The position numbers and the translations under genes are program-made. DNA of 55,473 nucleotides, the filler included, from Circinaria calcarea (lineage: Eukaryota): NCBI GenBank assembly GCA_051942165.1. It is 2 parts of 2 records of this genome, joined end to end, with 100 filler letters (N's around TTAATTAATTAA, not from the genome) between each part and the next. Parts side by side here need not be neighbours in the genome. Positions count along the whole stretch, not along the records: positions 27,808 to 55,473 come from JAVECS010000065.1; 1 more part is not named here. One strand, 5' to 3'. The notes beneath the pieces were generated by a model that saw only the letters and a program-made list of their open reading frames with translations, made no database searches and was not told the DNA's origin. Each line of letters opens with the position of its first letter. Within the stretch, counting starts at the first letter, position 1. Shown here in pieces: positions 46,401-55,473 of this stretch.

Positions 46401-49149
46401 ATACGCTGACCTCAGCAAGGTTGCATATTCGGCCATGATATGCCAGTTGGAACGCCCTGGCGAAAAAGGGGTTTCCCACATCCCGTGGTGATCCGGGGAA
46501 GCTGGCCAAGTCTATAATGTGCTGGCCCTAAGAAGTATATATGAGAACTGGGGGCCAAGCACAGTTCGTATGAGACGGTGTTTTTGGCCGTGGTACAAAC
46601 CAGCGATTTACTGGGCACATCTTCCCTGTGCCGTCGTTTGCACGGAGCTGTGGCACGTTCCAGGAGCCCCTGGTTTCTCCCAGCTGCGTCGAATGCCTAA
46701 GGGGACTTCACACAGGTTAGTTATACTCTTAAGAGTTGATGTTAATATACTGATATAGGTATTAGTCTACCTTTGATGCCGTCATCGCTGCCAACATACC
46801 CGGTGGTAAGCTTGATTACAGGCCTATTTCGCTGATAATTTTTGACGGGAAAATATATTGTACCTACTGGGTACGAAATGGAGAATGTGATTTTATTCAG
46901 TAAAAGTATATACTCCGGTATAAGATGTCGGATGTCGATATACTGACGAAAATAGGATTTCGCCACATCCCTCGCTGGTTCCGGGAAGCTGGTGACTTTT
47001 CGGACCAAGTCCATTACCTCGGAACGTTGCCAGGAAGCTCAAAGCTGTACACAGTGCAGGGCGGTCGATCTTTCAAGTGAGGAAGATGACGGTGGTGGGG
47101 CTTCTGTATGCCTGCTTTGTACCAGTAGGTACTCAGGCTCCTCGTATGCCCCATCGTCAACAGGGCACACCTGTACGATCTTATAAGCCATTGACGCCCG
47201 CGCCTGCGCCTACCGCTCACCCGGTCCTTAAGCCTGTCGCACAACTTCAACGTCAACTCCAGACACAGTTAACCAAGGCCGGTGAGCTCTTTGATGGTGC
47301 TCGTGTCACTTTTTCGGTTCATCATAAGCGGATGTTCCAACGTCCTGCTTAATTCCCAAAGCTGGACATTCCAATTTTCCATCCCAAGGCGCAGGACAAA
47401 GGTAATGCTGAAGACTTGTGAGGTGACGATCTCCTCCCAACCGATATAGAAGTCCACGGCATAGGATTCCTTGACCGACGTCTAACTTAAAGACGGATGA
47501 TGTCCGAGGACACCACCACAGAACATGGTACCAAATCCAAACTCAGCAGTTGGCTTCCCGAATCGCTTCAAACCTGGCACCGGATCTCAGAAATCTGTAT
47601 CGCAGACACAGACACTGTCTCTCTTAAATGCCTATCTATTAGCCTTCATCCCGAACGACCGTACCCCGGGAGGTTCTACTGCCTCTATTATCCGAATACT
47701 AGGCGATGATAATGTCCGCGTTTGAGCCTGCAGATGCTCAAGCAAAGAGTTCCACGGACCAACGATGCAAGCATGAAAGAAAACTTCATATCTTCGCTGA
47801 TATGGTCGTTAGCCTTCCTTAAGTGGGCTATATACTTATGGTAGGGATGAGTAATTGTATAAGAGATTAATAAAAGAGAAAAAGCATACCTTACAAGGCT
47901 GTACAAGAATAGGATGAGCAAAGATAAGTATATGGAGTCAAGAACTATCAAGTGCTGCTAATATATGAAAAGCTTCATGGGTTAGTCATAGCAAGGCTGT
48001 GTTTAACCGGCGATATATTGCGCGAGGAAACCTATCAAGTCTTTGAACTGATATACCTTGTGAGTTTGCTCTGGGTTAACCTTCAGTCATTAGTGTTACG
48101 GTAACTGGTTAAGGTTTAAAGGTACAAGGGACGATACGTACCATGAGACATAGTGGGGAGAGGGTACTTTTATGCCATGAAGTATATATGAGAAGAGGAC
48201 CCTGGACAGTGCACGTTAGTGAAAACATTTTATAATTTGAATCCTCGACAGCTGCTCTCTTTGTACTGTGGTGATGTGGATGGAAGACGTTGATGGGATA
48301 AGGTTAGAAGATCAAGGGAAGGGAAGAGAATATACTGACCTCTGTTGCAGGATGACTGACCTGGGATTCACGCAACTCCGTTCTCTGGAAATGGGTGAAT
48401 ACCTCTCGATATCTGGTATGGTCTGGACAATGACGTCGAATCGATGCTCAAGCTCTTCTGGTATCCCCTCTCCTCCGACCTTCATTCCGTTCTAGCGCCT
48501 AAGATACCAGTCCGTCTTTGCTAGGGAATGTTAGGAGCTTGTTCGGGAAGATATGATCCGTACAGCTACCTGACTAGGGATCTAGGCACTGGAGTAGCTT
48601 CCTTCTTCCGCTGGTTAATAGCAGGAGCCCAAGATTGATGTTAACACAGAGATAAAGTAGTAAGCTGCTGTACAATGCAATGAAGTGGGACAGGTTCATC
48701 TCACCTGCTACAACTTGAATACCACGAACAAGGTCCCGCGAGCAAAAAAGCTGTAGAAATAGCCAGGTACCAGGGTATTTTTGCTTGCATGCTTGATGAT
48801 AGGATTGCAATCTCGACCTTTCGTGGTATCAAAGCTTATAAAAAAGTTAGGTTGACGGGCTATAGGGAGTCTTTGAAGAACGAAGAGCCGAGAGTATAGC
48901 AAGCATCTTAGGATAAGGCTGCTTTGAACACTTTTCCAGCATCGCTTCTAGGTGGGTGCACAATCTCCTCGTGACTCCGTTAGGGCTACATGAACACCCT
49001 TCACATTTTTCTTCACGAGAAACGGCAAATCTTCGATCACCAGATTATCACAATCCCATTTGCAAACCTCCTCAAAGAAACTGAAATCTTCTCCTAAACA
49101 TTGTACATATTTAAGCCCAGGCTTCTAACGATTCCTAGAATATAGCAGT

Positions 49150-50100
49150 ATGACCCCCATCCTTCCCCGGCGAGACTCCGTCAAGCACATTACGTGCTTC
49201 TACTGGAATCGAGGCAACTGCCGATACAGTGAGACGGACTGCCTCTACGCTCATCACAGGAACACGGATACAGTGGCAGAGTCGCCTGTACGCGTGGAAC
49301 AAGGTCGTAAGTTACCACTAGCATCAGCTCCTTGGCTTTAGTTTCTACGTCCTTGAGCAGATTAAAAAAGCTCTAATTCCTCTACTTCCTAATATCTAAT
49401 CTTTTCAGAGCCTGCAGTAGCTGGCAGAAACGCACGCAGATCGCAGCCAGAGTACGTCCCTTGGCGAAGTCTACCTGCTCCAGCTACACCGAAACCATCA
49501 ACACAGCGTGCTGTAGCCTCCTCGCGCTCTCCTCAACACCAGCCACCTCAGTTGCCTTCTCAGCCTCCGCCCCAGCACCCACCACGTCAGCAGCAGTTGC
49601 TCAACCAAGTGACTTCTTCCCAGCTACAGCCTCCCCACCTGCAACTGAATTCTCGGCAACAGCTACTCCCTGAGCAACCGTTCCATCAGCAGCTTCCTCA
49701 CCAGCTGCCAAACCTGCCGCGTCGAGTTCACGAATTACGTTCAGGGGACTCCCCACAACCTGTGCGCAGTCCCACTCGACCTAGCAACGTTTCTCCTGCA
49801 GCTAGGGAAAGCCGAAGTCCAGCTACTGTGCCGCCATCTTCGGATACGATGGCCGTCGAAATACGTGCTTTCCGAGAACTACGAGCGATCATCGAGCGGA
49901 CCATCCAGCAACTGGTCACGATGGCCAATGATCTCCTGGCGCACATCCGGCGATTACAGTTGCAGGTCGGACTATTTGGCGCGGTACCGGCCGGCATGCC
50001 TGCATTAGCGCTCGTGGTGGATATCAACAACCTGGTCAGAGCGTACCGAACACTCACTGACCAAATGGATGCAATCCTGAAGAGGTTGCCAGAGGGGTAG
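49150..50100 (+). CDS. Single CCCH zinc finger + Q/P-rich region + helical C-terminus protein (paralog C, ~282 aa, 2 exons)
   Basis: Exons 49150-49306 and 49409-50100 give ...SVKHITC-FYWNRGN-C-RYSETD-C-LYA-HHRNTDTVAESPVRVEQGQPAVAGRNARRSQPEYVPWR... Confidence 0.82.
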
Positions 50101-51578
50101 CGGCAGATGTGGAAGGTTTCCAATCTACTTGCGTATCTGCGGGTTATAGTCCATTGGTCTGGTTCTGGACACGTTCTTCTTCAATTACTGTGGTGCATTC
50201 GTCAGGGAGTTTAATAGGGGTCAGGAATTCGGACATAATCCTACACAGCATTATGGGATTTGCAAGGCTTGCGTGAAAGGATAGGAAGGAGATATCTCAG
50301 AGTTTCTCTTGATGCTCGCGCTAGTGTTTGGAAGGTTAGCGGGTACATAGGTTTATACAGGTAGCAATATCAAGCCACCCACCAATAGCAAAACCAACTG
50401 CTTTGCATGAGCAATTTTGATTGCTACATCCGATTAATACTCTGCAGGCAGTGATGAGACCTTGAACTTGTAGTCACACGATTGCCAGACTCACCTCATT
50501 TGCTACGAGACGAACGGAAGTCGCTCCATGAAGGTAGCCAGGGGCACTGCACGGGACACAAAAAGCATTCCGGGCTTGCCCCAGTTCAAAATAAGCAATC
50601 GACATATCATAATTCAAAGCAACTAGCTATACCATACCATAGTGTGCATATAACAACCCATCCCCCCCCCTACCTTCGTGTCTCATGACGCAGATACAAC
50701 AGATTCTACACCCAAAGCCTGCCAGAAGCCCTGTATCCACATCTACCACCTCACACCATTCCCTCCAAGACCCTAGAGGCCCTTTGGATAGTTTGGATAT
50801 TAAGCCTTGTCTTGCTGCGGCTAGAAATAAACGCAGTCTTCGCGGTGTTCATGGTAGTAGGGTAGATGAATTCGCATCTTGTATTCACAGAGCGGACTGT
50901 CATTTCGACAACATACATAGGATGATGACAGATTTTGTACTGCAAAGTATTAGCCAAGGCAGTCCGCATTCTGCTAGCACTGCTCTAGTACGAATTATGG
51001 ATGACATATCGTAAGATAACTCAGCAGGTATCTCCTCAGTTTGAGATGAGAGAAGCAAAGCGATACTGAGATGTAGGAGAAGAATTGAGAATGCAGTCGT
51101 GTTTCCTGACGTCGCGTGAAGCGCTTATTACTTAATTCAGCGCCTCCCCAAGGCACACCGAGTCCAAGGATTAACCAATCCTTCGTTGGGCTGGTGTGTA
51201 TAATACCGGCAGAGGGTCACTGACTGTATGCGTGTTGGATGGATGCTATTCCATGTCGACGTCTTGTCAGGTCTAGAAGAGAGAAGATAATTGCTCAGAG
51301 CAGAACCATCATTCCCTATGTGGATGTCCCCAACGTAAGATGATAGTGTATGACTATCGATTACTAGACCAAGACCGTATCCGGTTGGTCTCCATATTCC
51401 GAACTCTTCAGGTAATGCCATGCTTTATCTCCAGCAACTTATAATGTCTCATTCTGTCGGTCATGTTCTACTGGCTGTCGATTTTGACATCTTGAAACCG
51501 CATTTACGGATTTCGGAGACAATGCAAGCTTGAGACAGTATCCAGGAAGGTGCCGTGAGAGTTGTGACTTGGTCAATC

Positions 51579-51651
51579 CTGCGTATCCTGGTCATCGAAG
51601 TTTGCACATTTTAATCATCGAAGTCTGCGTATCCTGGTCATCGAATTCTGC
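51579..51651. repeat. 23-bp tandem repeat x3 (CTGCGTATCCTGGTCATCGAAGT)
   Basis: Units at 51579, 51602 (diverged) and 51625. Confidence 0.8.
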
Positions 51652-51957
51652 CATACAGGATAAAAGCCCCTAGTACTTTCCCGTATATATGATGAGTGTT
51701 GAACCGCGCCAAGACCAGCGGCTAGCCATTGGATGTGAAGGGTGGTTGTGATTTCACTTGGAAAGTGTTGGAGAGCTATTATACAACACCTTAGATGTGA
51801 TACGCTTCACTGATGATCTTCATCCACCCTTATTTTTTGTTTGGCTTCTTTGGTTCGATATTTTTTCTACACTCCATACTCTTCTTGCTTCCCACCCACT
51901 TATTCGTACTCCACCTAGTAGAAAAACTTGATCAAGTCGTTCACATCGACCGCTCCT

Positions 51958-52337
51958 ATGGATCACCCGAATCAACATCACGAAGATCTGGCTAGAGAAA
52001 GCTGGACCCCCGTGGTTGTCGTGAACAACACCTCCTCGAGAAGGGTTCAGCAGTCTCAGGCTACCACACATCGTTCGTACTTTCGTAATTCTGTGTATTC
52101 AACTAATGGTTTACATAAATAATAGTTCAGCCGTTGTTAAATGCTCGACCCTCCTCCTCATCGATTAATGTCCAGCCGATACTAACAACGGGGCCCCGAA
52201 CTCGAAGGGAGGTCGTAATCCACAATGACTGGAGCTTTGAGCGTGGTCGGCTTCCATGCAGGGCGATTGACTATGTCTTGGCTCAAGGAGTACCTCCACC
52301 AGTAGCTCAATTGTTACGCTCTGTGGGTTTAACCTAG
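51958..52337 (+). CDS. Small two-exon hypothetical protein, or the 5' part of a frameshifted pseudogene
   Basis: MDHPNQHHEDLARESW...TH|(gttcgt...actaat...ag)|LQPLLNARP...SVGLT*. Coding-like sequence continues in another frame. Confidence 0.35.
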
Positions 52338-54960
52338 ACCCAGACAAAAAGAGACTAGCTAAAGAGGTTGGCAGATTCGAGCAAGCGAGGACAGACTACG
52401 AGACCATGTCGTTGTCCTACAAGGTATCCAAGCTATCTCGTCAACCGCCATTAGCAGAATTCGTCGAGAAATATCGGGTTACGTTGCGCAAGTAACTGCG
52501 CCTCGAGCCGCACAGGGCAACGCAGATACGACAGATACGATAATTTCCCTCGTTGATCTCTGCATGGCTTTGGAGGAGATCATAAGAGGGCATGAGGTGC
52601 AAATAGCAGACATAAATGAGCAGCTGCGAAGTCTGAGAGCTTCGTAACGACAGTAGTTGGAAATGATGGCTATAAGTCTCGAGATTAGTACATAGCATTC
52701 CAGACAGAACCAATTGATAATTGACAAGAGATCTCGAACACATGCGAATGCCTTGAGTTCTAGTAAAGTTTTGCATTCTCACTAAAGTACAGATTTGTCC
52801 ATCGTCAATACATTCAATATCAATAAAAAGGACAAGGGACAATGAGACATGGTGCGTTTACTTTAATGACTCTTGTGAAGTTCTAGTGACAGTAGTCCCC
52901 CAGACAATCTGGAGTAGAGGACTTTCGCTCGACTGCTTACTATGTATGCTATTCTTGGATGAATACCTCGCGCGCAACATGCATAGAGGCATACTCAATC
53001 GGTCAGTGAACTGTCAACAGCTCACTGATACTCCACCAAGGGCGTTTGCACCTACTGCGTTTGACACCTAGCCTGCTGGCTGAACAGGCTGCAGTGGATA
53101 CAATCAAGGTAGCTGATAGGGGTATTCTCGGGAGGATGAACATGATCTGAACAAGCTGTACGTTGAAGCTTCCTTGTCTCGAATTCAGAGTCGAACCACG
53201 TGGCTTTTATACCAGACTGCACTCGTTAAGCGATCCACAGGATGAAGGTCCAGATCATCTCAATAGCATTTGACTAGTCAAACTAGTCAACGAGAACACA
53301 TGCTTACCTGAGGCCACATCAATCACAGTGGAGAGGAATTTTGCGCCAGATAGCAAAGTGCCAGCTGTCACGTAGTGAGCATTGAGTGTAGTGGCGGCTA
53401 GCCGTCTGAACAACTTTCGTGACTGCTTGGACCAAACTTGCGAATCGCGTTCCCTAAATAGCAATAGCTGGCCATGTTTGAAAGTTCGTTATCAAAGTTG
53501 TTTGTAGCTCTTGGTGCTAAATTCGCTTGGCAATCGCTGTATTCTAAGCGCGCTAGGCGCTTCCACCGGCTAGCGCAAGACAACGACAAATTTCGGGGAG
53601 CACAATGTTTTCTCATAAGTTGTATCTAATGCTTTAAAACTATCGCCTTATTGACAAGCCTTTTCTGATCACCTCTTACTAGGTCTGGAGAATGCCGCTT
53701 TTCCTTGCAGGGTTTCAAAGAACCGAGTTTGCATGAATAGAGACAGATAAACACCAAATTTCCCTAGATCTCCTGCTTTACTTTACATGTTCTGCTCCCA
53801 ATTTCTCTTCTTGCTATATTAAGCTTCCATATATATGAGCTACCATCCTAAGTATCCGGTGGTCAAGTGTGTCTTTAAGCAGTTTCTCAATATTTCGATT
53901 TCATCTTATAAAGTCTCCATCCGCTTGAGCCGGACCTCAGGAACAACTTCGTTAGCCTGAGTGTGGAATGGAGATTCTGAATCGAATAAGTCTCTAGTAA
54001 TTGCTCCTTTTTTCATTTTCGTATACTTCCTGCAAGATGTTCATGATTAACTGATATTTTTTGTCCTCTCTTCCACCGCGAATCTTAGTTTTATTGGCAA
54101 TCTCTTCGTGCGGATATTCTCAACTCTCTCTCGTCAAAACGTGGCATATTGCAGATTAGAGTTGATATGCTTATTAAGATCAAGACATGTCTGCAGAAAA
54201 GAATAGCGAAGGTTGGCTATACCGACATTTAGCATATTCCATTCAGGTAAGCTAGGAGATGGAAAGCTCGGTTGAAACCCATTAACTTGAATGGTAAAGG
54301 TATTCGACAGAAATTAAGTGATCTTGGGAAAGGCTGAGGAGTAGTATAGCGCACTGTGGTACGCTTCAACGATATGGCGGAAACTCATATAAGTTAAGGA
54401 CGTGGGGGGACCAAGTCCTTGCGTGAGGTACCTTTTTGAGAGAAAATAAAATCGAACTAGCACATCAAGAAGCACATTCGAATGTGTAGCATAAAGGTTT
54501 GGTTTGTTGGTCTAATTCCTTGCAACTTCCTGCCAATATGGGTGGGTGCTTTTAGTTAACAGTATAGCAAGGTGCTGGGATAGATGTGGCTCTGGAAGGT
54601 TGTAGGTACGGCAAGGTGTTCATGCTCTGATGTTAGTCATCGTAGATGGCGGGCACGACCAGCTAGTCCTTACCTGGCGGGCTAAATACATAAGAAAAGG
54701 GTAAAACCACGAATCTAGCGTGCTGCGTCTCTTCTTTTCAGTACGCGCCTGTTTCTCTCTTCTCCATTCTTTCTTCATCAAATACTCCTCAACGCCTTTT
54801 CTCTATCCTCCACTCCATATTCTGTCTATCTTTCTTCATCGAAATTCGAACCTGCTTTCATTTTTAATTAGAAGCTAGCCAGGACATCAATCCCTCTACC
54901 CTTCGCACCAGATACTAACTACATACCTCACACCATCCATCGAGCATTTATCTTGCAGCT

Positions 54961-55438
54961 ATGGATTTCTTGGACGCTCAACACATGGACCCCGCATACC
55001 AGTCCTGGACGGAAGGACCTCAAACCCATCATACTCCTAGCCATCTCTATCCCTACATCATGCCCACAGACCGCAGTCACAACTGCCTTCTTACCGACTC
55101 TGTCGCCGCTGCTCCAAATATGCCCTACCAAAGCTCATTCCAACTCTCCACAGTTGACGAGCTTTCATCCGACAGCTGCACTCCCACTCTATGTCATTTG
55201 GCATCGGTGGCGTCGAATCGCGTGGAGACGAGATCAGGGTCGTTAGTGTGTTATGACTACACTGGTGGCCTCGCATCTAACGACTTCTACACCAATAACG
55301 CCGGCCCGCAATCAACATCAAGCTCTCAAAATAAGCCTTACAAGGGTGAATGGGAGTTCTCAAGAGGGAAGTGGTGCTATGATGGGTCTTCCACAAGAAC
55401 TGTGCTTGAAGAAGGTAGTCCGGAACCAATATCAAGCT
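54961..55438 (+). CDS. First exon of a hypothetical protein running off the window
   Basis: ATG after a CT-rich leader, 159 open codons, then a GTAAGT donor at 55439. Confidence 0.5.
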
Positions 55439-55473
55439 GTAAGTAAAATGGATTTTGCTGCTCTTCATTCGGT

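Noticed and set aside
47040..47140. CTQC...CLLC as a Zn2Cys6 cluster regulator
   Set aside because: Only four of six Cys are present, there is no credible gene model, and it lies on the other contig.
1..55473. Starship giant transposon
   Set aside because: I recognised no DUF3435 tyrosine-recombinase captain or typical accessory genes in the window; it cannot be excluded outside the window.

Overview
Filamentous-ascomycete DNA (short GT-AG introns with CTRAC branch points, RIP-type mutation). It consists of two contigs joined by an artificial 100-nt spacer (44 N + TTAATTAATTAA + 44 N, 27708-27807), so the halves need not be adjacent. Left contig (1-27707): an apparently intact polyketide biosynthetic gene cluster. 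A highly reducing PKS (KS-AT-DH-pseudoMT-ER-KR-ACP) is head-to-head with a Bref-TH/DcsB/Af380-type releasing hydrolase. The cluster also has three cytochrome P450s (two divergently transcribed CYP58-clan paralogs and one CYP65-like), a secretory BBE-like flavoprotein, and a second alpha/beta-hydrolase that has a decayed inverted copy at the far end of the cluster. A RIP-damaged hAT transposon with TIRs and a perfect 8-bp TSD sits inside the cluster, and repeat/LTR debris flanks it. Two cluster genes need GC-AG introns. Right contig (27808-55473): the probable 5' end of THO2, a frameshifted NAD(P)-dependent epimerase, an intact ankyrin + single ClpB-type AAA+ gene, and many decayed ORFs (G-patch, SNF2 helicase C-terminus). 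It also holds three intact, intron-split paralogs that share an extended single CCCH zinc-finger domain; two begin with a PAM2-like motif. The ORF track does not show this family. All gene models were spliced by eye, and family names come from motif recognition, not database searches.
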